In this document: piece after piece, positions 25,141 through 38,169 of the stretch | Layout of the letters: each line of letters opens with the position of its first letter | Numbering within the stretch: position 1 is the stretch's first letter | NCBI RefSeq assembly: GCF_028641065.1 | Contig: NC_073395.1 | Coordinates: 37,014,001-37,078,000, forward strand | Origin: Leucoraja erinacea | Taxonomy: Eukaryota | Length of the DNA: 64,000 bases | Direction: 5' to 3' | Translations under genes and position numbers: made by a program | The notes under the pieces: generated by a model | Seen by the model: only the letters and a program-made list of their open reading frames with translations | Databases searched by the model: none | Told to the model about the DNA's origin: nothing

Positions 25141-26600
25141 AATGTATTTTAAATGTTGTGATAATACTTGCCTTAACTACCCGCTCTGGCAGCTAGTGCC
25201 ATTTACCCACCACCCTTTGTGTGAAAAAGTTGCCCCTCAAGTTCCTATTAAATCTTTCCCCTCTCACCAATAAGCCTATGTCCTCTGCTTTTTTTTCCCC
25301 TTTAGCTCATGCTCTTGGGTTCTGGCAACATCCTCATAAATCATCTCTGCATGCTTTGCTGCTTAACAGCATCTTTCCTATAACTGGGCAACTAAAACGG
25401 AATACAAAACTGCAAATGTGGCCTCACCAATGAATTGTGCAAGTGTAACATAACTTCCCAACTTCCCAACTTCAATAGGTACAGTGGTAAAATAGTTGGG
25501 TAACTAGATGTTTATATACACTAGAATTAAAGAACTAACTCAGCTCAAAATACCATAGGGAATGGTTAAAAAATGTATCAGAGAGAAATTGTTACTGCTG
25601 CAATCCAATTGATTTTGCACCATCCTGTTTTGTTGTATAATTGCAAGAAAGATCAGCGGTGGTGTAGTTTTGTCATTTAATAGCAGTTCTCTCACTACTT
25701 TCCAATTTATCTGTGTCTCCACAAACATAGTGAGCTTTACTGGAATCATACCAACCATATTCAATATCTACTGTCCCCCACATCAAAGGACCCACGTCTG
25801 GGGTTCAAATGCAATATTAGTGATCAAAGAATGAGTCGGTTCGATGTCTCTTTATTCCTGATATATCAAGGGTACATTTTTATGGTAAGTATAAAGCTCA
25901 AATATTATAGTCAAACATTTAAAAATGTTGATCCATTTTAAAATTTTATCCCCAACCCTGTGCAAAAAAATGGCAGAGAATTCACTCAGGTGGGAAAATA
26001 ATTTAAAAAATAATAATGCCCTCTCCAATCAATGTTAAAACAGAGCACTTAGGCTTGGGAAGGATGATTTGGTCAATACCGTTCCATTTAAATAACGTGT
26101 GCTGTGACTTATTTAACTCGTGCAGCTGTGAAACTCATGGCTTAAAATAAGGGAGGACTGTCAATTGCAGTAGCCTTTCCAACACTAGCAGTGAACCGAG
26201 AAACAGAGATGATTAGCATGGATTGCTATGTAAGCCTATAATCATTCCCATGCTATGGTACATTCTTGATGAGCTCAGCAATTGCTAGCTCGTCCATTGC
26301 TCCGTTGCCAATAACGTATTTCATGTCCTTTACAACCCATAATCCTCACAACTGCACTCCCAGGCGACTATTTGCGTGCTAGCCACAGAAGCAGCTCTAC
26401 AATCACATATTACAATCGCTCCACACTCTTAAATCTCTAGGCCATCAGCAACATTTCTTACTTTAACGATGATCTACTTAAACTCCTCTCACACGCTTGC
26501 ACTATCCTTGTTTGGACTTTGCTGGCATTACCTTGCACTAAACGTTATTCCTTTATCATGTATCTGTACACTGTGAATGGCTCGATTGTTATCATGTAAT

Positions 26601-26895
26601 GTTTAGTTTAGAGATACAGATACAGCACGGAAACAGGCCATTTGGCTCCAACCAGTGATCCCTGCACACTAACACTACACACACTAGGGACAATACACAT
26701 TTATACCAAGCCAATTAACCTACAAACCTGTATTTCTTTAGAGTGTGGGATGAAACCGAAGATCTTGGAGAAATCTCACGCAGGTCACGGGGAGAACGTA
26801 AAACTCCGTACAGACAACCCCCGTAGTCAGGATCGAACCCGGGTCTCTGGCGCTGTAAGCACTGTAGACCACAACTCCACTGCTGCGCCATCATG
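26601..26895 (-). mobile_element. HE1 SINE inserted in a LINE 3'-UTR repeat (26510-26965)
   Basis: HE1 core. The flanks join into the repeat that is intact at 28385-28570. Confidence 0.85.
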
Positions 26896-28384
26896 CCGTC
26901 CCGCACTGCGATGGGTTATGTCTTTCTGCTGACTAGATAGCATGCCGCAAACGCTTTTCGCTGCATCTCAAAAAACGAAACTGAACTGAATATTCTCCAA
27001 GATCCTGGCAATAACCTTCATGGGTTCCCTCCAAACGTCTCCTCTCCCTGTTTCAAATCTCGGAGCGTACACATCAATGCCTTCCATGATTCTCAGACCC
27101 ACTCTCCCTCCCGTCTCTGATCTCCTTGGCTGAAGCTCGATACAAAGGATTACCTGGATGATTGTCAATCTGCCAGCCAATCTGGCTGGCCAGATTAAGG
27201 GATTGAATGTTAACAGTAGCAATCAGGTCCTGCTGCTAAACTTGCCACAGCCCAAGAAAATGTTTTAATCTACCCCATGCCCCATTCAACCCTCCCTCCA
27301 TAAATAGAAATCAAATAATTACATTAAGCAGAAGAAACTGTTCTTTGGCTGAAGAATAGTCAATAAGTCAAGGGGGTCCAGAGATGGAATAAAATTCAAA
27401 CTGTTTTACTAAAATAAATAAATCATTTACGATTACTTAATTGATTGGTCCATCTGCTCGTTATTTACATGGAATAAATAACTTATCAAGATTTATCAGC
27501 AATTTAATTTTGTATGATGGTGCAAATTAGATGCAAAAGGTCTGAAATTTGCTGGTGAAGTAATTGTGTGTTTTATGCATTTAACGCCATTAAAGTGTAA
27601 ACAATTCAGCAACTTCAGTGTGAGGAATTGTTCATCCGATTAGAAAATTACAATTGCTGAACAATCCTCACCACTGTCCTTATGAATTCAATAACAGCAT
27701 GTTAACCCTCCTCACAAGCATTAAAAAAGGTTGCAATTATTCAATAATTACTAAGCAAACTCACCAGCAAAAGGGAGGGCTGGCACTTAACAGTTTAGGT
27801 GCCATTACTGACAGGATTTTTATTCCAGAAATCCCACTCAATCACTCCACCAGCTGAAAATATAAATGTAAAAAGTTTCATTTAAATTAAGGTTTAATTT
27901 TAATTCATTCTTTTTTTTCTTCTTTGTTAATCTCTCTCTATTTAGTCTTTATTTCTTCTGAACCTCATTCCCTGTAATTCATCCTCATTATTCCTTGTTG
28001 TTCATTTATCCCTTTCTCAATCCACAAATCTTATTGATAACTAAAATAGTCAGTTGATCACAAAAGTCCCAAATTCCCAGTTTTAATTTTTACCATATTT
28101 TTTGTGATGTATTGCTACATGCAAGCACAGTTTTGGCATCTGTACATTTGCTAGGTACTTTCTATTGAGTTCCTCAGGGTAGAAATATATTTTCAATAAG
28201 TGCACACATCGCATAATAATTGTGCTTTGTATACTGTTATCAAAATCTGGTTCCTTTGAAATCTGCCTTCAATTGATAAAGTGATATTCTCAGTGCAACT
28301 CATGAGAATGTACTTCTATTCCCTTGTTCCTCTGTCAATGTTGCAGTTTAGGGACAAGCATATCCTTCACAGATCATGGTGACC

Positions 28385-28570
28385 CTCAGACTACCTTTGA
28401 TCAGATTTTACTGGCTTCACCTTGCACTACATGTTGTTCCCTTATCATGTATCTGTACACTGTGGATGGCTCGATTGTAATCATGTATTGTCTTTCCGCT
28501 GTCTGGTTAGCATGCAACAAAGGTGTTTTCACTGTACCTCGGTACATGTGACAATAAACTAAACTAAACC
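28385..28570 (+). mobile_element. LINE 3'-UTR-derived repeat with GACAATAAAC(TAAAC)n tail
   Basis: Related copies at 26510, 47370-47700, 49405 and 13890. Confidence 0.7.
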
Positions 28571-28746
28571 ATGTCTTGAGTGGCGACAAACCAAATCAGA
28601 CTTGCCGATATCTTTCCAGAAATCAAACTGTTTAATGATAACAAAGGGAGGAGCATAAAGAGCCATTGAATCTCATGATCTTGCTCTTCCCACTTATTAC
28701 ATAAGTAAATACAGTCAATGTTATATTTGTCCAAGGCAAGAAATCA

Positions 28747-28936
28747 CAATGCTGCTGGAAGTGGGACCAATGCTGCTGGAAGTGGGGACCAATGCTGCTG
28801 GAAGTGGGACCAATGCTGCTGGAAGTGGGGACCAATGCTGCTGGAAGGGGACCAATGCTGCTGGAAGTGGGACCAATGCTGCTGGAAGTGGGGACCAATG
28901 CTGCTGGAAGTGGGGACCAATGCTGCTGGAAGTGGG
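28747..28936 (+). repeat. Minisatellite (CAATGCTGCTGGAAGTGGG[G]AC), about 9 copies
   Basis: Near-perfect 20-22-bp units with no spacers. Confidence 0.97.
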
Positions 28937-29018
28937 TGCCAAATGCATTTTGTTGTCTCTGTACTGTACAATGTACTGTACTGACAATGACAATTAAAAT
29001 TGAATCTGAATCTGAATC
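28937..29018 (+). mobile_element. 3' tail of the Rex family seen at 23189
   Basis: AATGCATT..GTCTCTGTACTGTAC..GACAATGACAATTAAAATTGAATCTGAATCTGAATC. Confidence 0.85.
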
Positions 29019-29990
29019 CAAAGACAAAGGTAGAGCAAATAATATAGGATAGAAATATAAAGTATAGCAAAAAATCTGTCTATCTTTGGTTTAAACCAGC
29101 ATCTGCAGTTCCTTCCTACACAAAGAATATAGTTTTCTTCTGTGCAATGGCTTTGCATAATTCAGCACATAACTTATTTATAAGTAAACATATACAGATG
29201 AAAGCACTTAACCATGGATGATTCTCTCCTTTGAGGATCAACTTTCCATTAATTCCTTCTTGCTACATATAGCTTCCAGTCACACATGCAAAGCAAACTA
29301 AACTATGGCAATCATATAATATAAAAGTAATGAAGTAGGGCAATATAAACCTTCTGGGACATTCTGAATTAATATATGCAGAATAAAATTACTTTGCAAA
29401 CAACTTTTGTAAATGTATGTGCATTTTTAGAATCTAATTTAATGAAACCATTGCATAATCATCGCACAAAACAGACTTTCTGTCTCCTAAAATTTGGAAA
29501 AGTAAATATATTGTGATTTGGAAATTATATTTATTCACTGGAATAGCTGTAAATAATTAAGATTGCATTATGTTATATCATAATTCCCTTCTTGAAAAAT
29601 ATTTTCCAAGATTAAATATCAATGTCCTAACATCATGCAAGATCACCACTATTACATGAAAAAGATAAGTTTTCATGAAATAAATATATAGTTCTACAAA
29701 TATTTCATGATGCCTGAGGCCTCCGGTAGACATGCACTTTATCAATTGAAGCCATTATTTAAACATGAAGCAATAGCCAAGAGTGGGGGCTGCATGTTGT
29801 CTTCTCATTAACTCTTGAAACATTGCGCTCTGACTGAATCTTGCCAGAATCCAGAAGGGGAGGAAGGAAGAATGAGGAAGGACTATGGCAGAAAGTTATT
29901 ATTAAAAAAACTAGTCCTCTATATCTTCCTTTGCCTTCTTCATTTTCTTCTCTCTTACACCTTATTTCTATTCCCCTCTATTTCTTTTTT

Positions 29991-30748
29991 GGGTGGGCGG
30001 CGCGACTCACGTCGCAGCGGCCTCTGCAGTCCGTTTGTCGTTTTTTATTTTTTGTCTCGTTTGAATGTAGTTTAAAGTGTTTTTTTTTTTAAATTGGTAT
30101 GTGTGTGGGGGGTGGGGGAAACTTTTAAAATCTTTCCCCTGCACGGAGAACTGACCTTTTCTCTGTCGGGTCTCCGTTGTTGTTGGGGCCTAGCACCGTG
30201 GAGCGGCCTCCAACCGGAACGACCTGGGGCTCCAGTCGCGGAGCTGCGGACCTACTTACCATCATAGAGCTGGCCGAGTTCGGGGCGGGAGGAACGGTGG
30301 TGGCGCTTTGCTGCAACCCGACCCCAGAGATTCGGAGGCTCCAACCGCAGGTCTAGTGGACAGTAACACCGGGAGCCCGCGGGTCCCTGCTGGGAGACCG
30401 CTTTTTGGGGCTTCCGCAACTGCGACTTCTCCCGCCCGAGTTGCGGGGTTGAAAATTACCTGGAGCAGGGCCTTACATCGCCCGGCGCGGTTTTAATGGC
30501 CGCGGGACACTTACCATCGCCCGCCGGGGGCTTTGACTCTGACATCGGGAGGAGAATGAGGAGTGCAAGGGAGAGATAAGACTTTGCCTTCCATCACAGT
30601 GAGGAGGAGATGCGCTGTGATGGATGTTTGTGTAAATTGTGTTGTGTCTTGGTTCTTTTTCTTGTGTGTATGACTGCAGAAACCAAATTTCGTTTGAACC
30701 TCAATGGGGTTCAAATGACAACAAATAAATTGTATCAATTGTATCAAT
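29991..30748 (+). mobile_element. Non-coding CpG-rich retroposon (SINE-like), same family as 54834-55340
   Basis: Shared GACTTTGCCTTCCATCACA..AAACCAAATTTC..TTCAAATGACAA and a TGTAT-type tail. Confidence 0.75.
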
Positions 30749-31356
30749 TTCTCATATTTTTCTGCATTCTTATTTTCTCTTTGCACTCCCGACCTTGCTG
30801 AACCACCAAGGGCTAAGACTGCAACTACAGTGGGGCAGGCATGACAATGGGCCCTTATATAACACACCTACATTTCTATAACGCAGATAAGTTTCCATTC
30901 AATATTTCTCACGGTGCTTTCCCATAGAAGTGTGACCACTGTTGTCATCCGTGAAACACAGTTGTCAATCTACACATGTCAAGTTTCCACAAAGTGACAA
31001 TGCAATAATGACTGGCAAAGCAGAATGTTGTCATTTTAGTTGGAAGGCTTTTATTGGCCAATGCCTTTCCTGGTTGCTTTTAAAACATTGCAGTTTTTTT
31101 AGCTACTTGTGCAGTTTTGTATGAAACTCTTCAATGAGTTTAGTTTAGTTTAATTTAGCTTAGGAATACAGCGTGGAAACAGGCCCTTCAGCTCATCGGG
31201 TCTGTACCGACCAGCGATCCCCGCACACTACCACTATCTCACACACACTCACACCAATTTACATTTATGCCAAGCCAATTAACCCACAAACCTGTACGTC
31301 TTTGGGGTGTGAGAGGAAAGCGAAGATCTCGGAGAAAACCCACGGGGTACAGGGAG

Positions 31357-33041
31357 CGGAATGGTACCATTTGGTGCCGCCGTTTCGGCGCCGCCGTTTC
31401 GGCACCACTGTTTCGGCGCCTCCATTTTGCAGGCGCCTATCTTTTATTAATTCATCTAATTCATCTAATTCAAGCTGTTATATACTTATCACCTAGTTAT
31501 TTTTAATTGGTTGTTTGGACAACAGTAATCAGTTAATTTATCTTAATATTGGATAGCTGTTATACTGCTTGTTTTACAAACTTTAAAGTTAGTTGTAGTA
31601 AAACCCCCAACAGAAATGGCTGAAAATATTTTGAGCAAGAGAAACAGACCAAAATTTACACACGATGGATATCTATATGTGTTTGATAAGTATAGTAAAA
31701 TAGACCCTTTGTTGATGTTTTGGAGGTGTGCGCACAAGGACAAGTGCAAAGGTCATATTCATATTAAAAACAATGAAGTGGTAAAAGAAATGAACGTGCA
31801 TTCTCACGGTGCTTCAGCAGTAAGTGTCGAAGTGGCTACAATTTATACAAGTGTAAAGCGTCATGCTGGAGAAACTTTAGAACGACCATCATCAATTATA
31901 AATGATTGCGTAGAAAATATTTATCAAGCAGCACTTCCATATGCAGAGGCAATGAAAAAAACAGTAAGAAGAAAACTAAAAGCAGATTGATTTTGTTCCT
32001 CCAAATCCTGTTAGTATTCCTGAGTTAGTGATCCCTGATGAGTACAGATATTATATCACGAACAATGGTCAAAGGGAAAACTTTTTAATATGTGATAGTG
32101 GTCAGGAAGATGATCAAATTTTAATTTTTGGGAGACACAGCTGGATTGTTTTCTTACAAGATTCAGAAGTGTGGTATGCGGACGGCACATTTAAATGATC
32201 TCCTCCATTATTTGCACAGGTGTATGTCATCATGGGAAGAAGGCACGGTGGAGTTCATCCAGTGTTATATGCCTTATTGCCAAATAAACGTAGAGTAACA
32301 AATGTACGAATGTTCCAAATGATGCATGATTAGATTCCAAGATTTGTCTGATGAACTTCAACCATTGCTTAATTGGTTTGAAGATAATTACGTTGGGAGA
32401 CCAGTGAGACGAGGCAACGGAAGGCGCTCTCTGCTTTTTCCTACCGAAATGTGGAATCAGTACAATCGAACAATCGCTGGAGAGGACCGAACAAACAATC
32501 ATGCTGAAGCAACACATAGAAAAATATATGCAGAATTAGCAGTTAACCATTCCATAATATGGAAATTCATTGATGGATTGAGGAAAATTCAGAAAGGCTG
32601 TGATGCATATTATGAACACTTGGTTGTTGGGCATGCACCTAAACAAAAACTCCTTAAATACAAGAGAGCTGATGAGCGCATTTTAAATATTGTACAACAG
32701 TTTGGTACAAGGGATCAACTAGAATACTTGCGTGGTTTATCCCATAACTATGAAATACATTAAGTTATTGAATTTATTTCATACTAACTTTTTCTAACCA
32801 ATTTTTAATTCACCTATTCTTTATTTAATAAAGGCTCCCAAAACTATTTAAAACTATAGGAATTAACATGAACTAGGTGATAATTATATAACAGCTTTCC
32901 AAAATTTAGATGAATTAAGATGAACTAGGTGATAAGCATTAACTTTGGGCGGCGCCAGAACGGAAGCGCCGAAACAGCGGCGGCGAAACAGCGGCGCAGA
33001 AACTGCGGCACCTGAACGGCAGCGCCAAAAAGTACCCGACC
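31357..33041 (+). mobile_element. Mutator-like (MULE) DNA transposon, internally deleted
   Basis: 9-bp TSD (T/C)ACAGGGAG at 31348-31356 and 33042-33050. Imperfect TIRs of about 140 bp with tandem CGCCGTTTCGG units. Transposase remnants inside. Confidence 0.92.
31616..32763 (+). pseudogene. FLYWCH-MULE transposase pseudogene
   Basis: FLYWCH motif (DGYLY..FWRC..C..HSH), WYADGTFK*SPPLFAQVY..VLYALLP, and RTNNHAEATH. Frameshift, stop and a central deletion near 32325. Confidence 0.9.
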
Positions 33042-35074
33042 CACAGGGAGAACATACAAATTCCGTAGAGACAGCACCCGTAGTCAAGATGGAACCCGGG
33101 TCTCTGGTGCTGTAAGCACTGTAAGGTGTCAAATCTACCACTGCGCCACCGTGACACCCTTATACCTCTATACCTCCAATATACCTCACATGAAAGATGG
33201 CATGGCTGACAATGTGCCATTCCCTCGAACACATTGGAGAGACCTAAACATAAAATGTTATGATCAAGTCAGTGTGTTGAATGAATGAATGTATGAGTGA
33301 ATGAATGCATGAATATATGAATGAATGTATGATGCGTTAATCTACAACCTCTCAGATAGAACACAGAACTTATCAAAGTAAAAACAGAAAATATTGGCAA
33401 CATTCAGTAAGTGATGCATGATCTGTGTCAAGAGAAACAGAATTAACATTGCTAGGCTGAAGAACGTTTGTCAGAACTGGAAAGTGAGACAGCAAGTTAG
33501 TTATAAATCACAGAGAGGTATTGATATTGGTTTATTATTGTCCCGGATACCAAGCTACGGTAAAATGTTTTTGTTTGTGTGCTATCCACAGATTAAATCT
33601 AATTAAATCAGTGTACTGTACATGAGTACAATCAAGCCATGTCCAAATATAACATGTAATGCAAAGAGAAAAATACCAGAATAAAGTGTTACAGCATTGT
33701 AGTGTTACAATTATAGATAGTTACAGGATCCGCAACGATGGTAGACTAGAGATCAGGACGACACCAAAACATGGGAAGACCATTTGGAAGTCTGATAACA
33801 GTGGCAGTAGTTGCTTCTGAGTCTGTTGGTACATGTATTCAAGCTTCTGCATTTTCTGCCCAATTGGAAAGGGGAAAAGAGGGAATGCTGGGAGGGGGGG
33901 GGATAAAGGTCTTTCGTTATGTTGGCTGCTTTCCCGAGTTAGCATGAAGTTTGGATAGAGTCTTGCCTGTGTGATAGATTAGGCTACATCCATTCTTGAG
34001 CAGAGCTTGTTCCCAACCCAAGCTTTGATGCAACCAGAGCATTGGGCAATCCAGGATTGGGGTTAAACTAGTTCCTATGCTGAGAATGGATGCTGCCATG
34101 GTCTTCCAGCAACAGCCCAGGCAGGGTGAACCAGTGCTGCTTCTTTAAAGTTTAGATATTAGTCAATGCCGTATCCACACCAAGCCCAGAAGCAATCTTA
34201 CCACCATCTTTTGCCCCATTCCACAAATCTGCTGCCCATGCTTGCATCATTTGCCTGACAATAGCATTGTAAACCAGAATCTGCAGTTCCTCATGTCGGC
34301 ATATACAATAAGCCATTCCCACTTTTTGTCTTTCTGCACAATTTCTCACTTTTCTCATTTGGGTTGGAACTTGGGATCAGTCCATTCGTTAAATTAAGTT
34401 ACTTACATGCTTTTAATTTGAATACTGACAGTTTTGTTCAGAAAGTGAGCAAAAATATGTTTGTATTCACTGAAGAATCAGCATGATATATCAGCACTTC
34501 TTTTATGATTTGTAGATATAAAGAGAGACAAAGAGAAATTATGTTTTTTATAAATATACAAACAAATCTCACAGCAATAAAATACGGCAGGTTCTGGGGA
34601 TTTGATACAAAAAAAAATGCTGGAAACACCCATTTGTTTTTTAATTTATTTTTGTTAGAAGTAAGTACAATAATGTGGTACCAAAGAACCTAATACATTT
34701 TGACATGTTACATTTCATGTACAACTTCTTATTTTTTAATTTAATAATAAAACAGGAGTGAGGAAGAAAAGAGTAGAAAAAGAGATTGGTGCATGAGATT
34801 CTAAGGTAGCCCAAAAGAAGATAGAAGCAGACAAAAAGGTACAGAAGAATGGAGAGAAGACAGAGAGAGAAAAGAGGAAATAGAGAAAGAGAGAGAAAGA
34901 AAATAAGTTAAAAAGAAGGAGATATACTAATTTAATGTTCTTGGCCACCCCGTCACCTGGTTCTGTAACATTTGATTTCTACGGTTGTGTTGCACCATAT
35001 GCTTGTAAAAAGTCGATAAAAGGAGACCAAATCACTAAGAATTTCCTGCTAGGAGGAGTTGCATTTCTTCAAGA

Positions 35075-35162
35075 TGTGACGTTTCCGACATATTTGAAAT
35101 CCACATTTTAAGCGTTGGTGTGACGTTTCCGACATATTTGAAATCCACATTTTAAGCGTTGG
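35075..35162 (+). repeat. Perfect 44-bp tandem duplication inside the L1
   Basis: TGTGACGTTTCCGACATATTTGAAATCCACATTTTAAGCGTTGG occurs twice. Confidence 0.95.
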
Positions 35163-35599
35163 TGTGGATGCGTTTTTCCAAAATTTAAGTATGTTTTTTT
35201 GCCGTTATTAAACCATAATTAAGGAGCGATTTTTGAAACGTATTTAGCTTATTCCCATCTTCCATTGATCCGAAGATAATCATTTCTGTATAAGGGTCAA
35301 GTTTTTTGTTAAATAGTTTTGTAAACATTTAAAAAATTTCATTCCAGAATTTATGAAGTTTTGTGCAAGAGACAAAAGAGTGTGTTATAATGGCATTTTG
35401 AGGTAAGCATTTGTCACAGATGGGGGCAATATTTGGATAGATTTTATTCAATCTACTTTTCGAGTAGTATAATCTATTTAAAATTTTAAATTGATTTATG
35501 TTTTGTCTTGCATTAATCGAACATTTGTGTATGTATATCAGATATTTTTCTCATATTTATTTTGGAATTTTTGTCAGTAGTTCTCAGTCATCTCTGTTT

Positions 35600-36585
35600 T
35601 TTTTTGTTTTTTTAAATATTTTTTATTAGAAGTAGACATATTATAAAGTATAGTTGCATATTATAGTTAAAAAACTTTTCATATACATCAGCCATACATT
35701 ATTAACATTTTCAATTGTCGATTACTTCTACTTCTAGTGTTTTTTTTTTATATAGAAAAAGAGAGAAAGAGAGAGAAAAGTTACAAATATCAAAAAAAGA
35801 ACAAAAAAGGTGCAATGGATTACTTATAATACGTCATTGGAGATAGGTTCGTAGATTATAAAGTATGACTTTTCATCTAATCCTGAGTTCAAGTTTCAGT
35901 TGGGTTTTCGTGCCGGGCCAATCTATCCCGTCAGATAATTAATGAATGGAGCCCATATTTTATCAAAAAGTTCTTGTTTGTCCATTAAGAAAAGTCTAAT
36001 TCTTTCTAGATATAGGGTCTCCGACATTTCCACAATCCACATTTTAATTGTGGGGGTCGTAGGGCCTTTCCAAAATTTTAATATTAATTTTTTCCCGGTT
36101 ATTATACTGTAGTCGAGGAAATTTCTTTGACTTGTTGTGAGTGTTAAACTTTGCTCTGATATTCCAAGTATTATTAATTTTGAGTTTGGATCCAGTTTTG
36201 TATTAGTAACTTCTGAGATTATTTCAAAAATATCAGTCCAGAAATGTTTAATTTTTATACAATTTGCAAACGTATGTGTTAAATTAGCATCTAGATATAG
36301 ACATTTATCACAAATAGGAGAGATTTGTGGGAAGATTTTATTTAGTTTTATTTTAGTGTAATCTATGTAAGACTTTAAATTGTATTAAAGCATGTCTGGC
36401 ATTTAACGAACATTGATGTATATGTTGTAAACTTTCGTCCCACAAATCTTTCGTTATAGGATGACCTAATTCATTTTCCCATGTGTGTCTATATGGTTGT
36501 TTAGGAGGGTGTTATAAATATAAGCTATTAATTTTTCAGTGTTAGGATGCTTGTTCAAACATTCATCAAGGATTGATGAATTGCC
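35600..36585 (-). mobile_element. Second L1-clade fragment nested in the first
   Basis: Poly(A)-like tail, ISPICDKC and FWKGPTTPTIKMWI. Flanked by CTCTGTT repeats. Confidence 0.85.
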
Positions 36586-36764
36586 TCTGTTGATGGCAAT
36601 TCTATATTTAAAATGATATTATATAAATATGATATTAAATTGCTTGATTCTGCCTTACTGTTCATTGCTTCATCTAGTAAATCAATTTGTTAAGTGAGAA
36701 CAAACGCCCATTTGTTAAGCGAGAACATTTTTGAAGGCCTTTAAAACTGGTCAGATCTGATTTG

Positions 36765-37092
36765 AGTTTAGTTTAGTTTAGTTTTTTGTTCAGTTTAGAG
36801 ATACAGTGCAGAATCAAGCACATTGGCCTGCCAAATGTGTGCCGATCAGTGATCCAGGCACACTAACACACTAGCATACGCACACTAGGGACAATTTATA
36901 AATACAAAACCAATTAGCCTTCAAACCTGCATGTCTTTGAAGTGTGCGAGGAAACCAGAGCTCCTGGAGAAAACCCACGGAGGTCACGCGAAAACGTACA
37001 AACTCCGTACAGACAGCACCCATAGTCAGAATCGAACCCGGGTCTCATGGCATTGTCAGGCAGCAACTCTTCTGCTGCATCACTGTGCAGCC
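36765..37092 (-). mobile_element. HE1-family SINE
   Basis: Tail, core and B-box GGGTTCGATTC. Confidence 0.9.
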
Positions 37093-37124
37093 ACAATTTG
37101 AAATGAGAAAGTCTGGTTATCTGA

Positions 37125-37625
37125 ATGTAGACTGCAGCTGCTGGTTTACAGTGCTGAAGTAACTCAGCAACTTTCTCCCCTATTTCTCCGACAATCGGTG
37201 TGAAGAAGGGTCCCAACCTGGAACGTCACCTATTCATGCCCGACAGAGATGCTGCCTGAATTACTAAGTTACTCCATCACTTTGTGTCTTACTTTGATGG
37301 TCTTAAAGTACTGAATTCAATGTCGAGTTATGAGAGCAATATTGTGTCTAGTGAGCAGATGAGATGTTCTCCTTGAGCTTATGTCTGGCTTTATTGGAAC
37401 AGGATAACATGGATAATGTTGGAAGAGGTTAACATGAGGGTGGGATAAAGAAGCAAAGTGACAGACAAATGCAAATTCAGATACCTCTCCTGGACGCAAT
37501 GAAGGTTCAACAAAGCCCTCACTTAGTCTGCATTTGATTTCTTCAATGTAGACAGCACAGCATGTGTAGCAAATGCAGTGCATGAATTGGAAGAGGTCCA
37601 AATGAATCGCTGCTTTATCTGGAAG
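37125..37625 (-). mobile_element. Penelope fragments (pLTR pieces and decayed GIY-YIG region)
   Basis: CICYTCCAVYIEEIKCRLSEGF resembles C..C...YIGETKRRL..RF. Confidence 0.6.
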
Positions 37626-38169
37626 TATGCTTTGGATATTTATATTAAGGTTTAACCCAATAAACTCTTGGATTTTAATTATGATCGGTGCCTGGTTAAA
37701 CCCCACAGTACAACTGCACAGACCAATTAATTAATTAATTATTTTTTCTTAAATATAAGAAACTAGTTATTTAACTAGTTAAATTAATTAAATAACTAGT
37801 TAACTAGTTAACCAGTTAAGTTAAGTTAACTTATGTAAATAGTTATTTATCTAGTTACTTTTTATTAACTGTTGTTTTTGCTTCACTTCAATGATTTTTA
37901 CTATTAAAAACACAGAACTGAATCTTAAGATGGACAAAGTAATGAATACCTGAATGACAAGTATGAGACAAATCAGTTTGCTGCATGAGAGGAAGTGTAT
38001 TCCACACTTAAATCCCTTTGAATTCGAACCTGTTTCTTAATTTTTCTATGTCATCGGTATATTGCTGCTGTGTTGGACAGAACTGCAGATGCTGGTTCAA
38101 ACCAAAGATAGACACAAAAAGCTGGAGTAACTCAGTGAAGGAATCGGTGTCATTTTGGGTCGAGACAAC

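Larger units (their letters stand above)
31138..33157 (-). mobile_element. HE1 SINE split by a MULE insertion
   Basis: SINE 3' half at 31138-31356 and head at 33042-33157. Confidence 0.9.
34639..36701 (-). mobile_element. L1-clade LINE 3' fragment (outer)
   Basis: PICDKC..HSFVSC..FW and FWKNASTPTLKMWI on the minus strand. Flanked by AAAC(A/G)CCCATTTGTT direct repeats at 34624 and 36702. Confidence 0.85.

Noticed and set aside
28747-28936. Regular repeat array as CRISPR or a repeat protein
   Set aside because: No spacers, no cas genes and a vertebrate context. Open frames arise from the stop-free unit.
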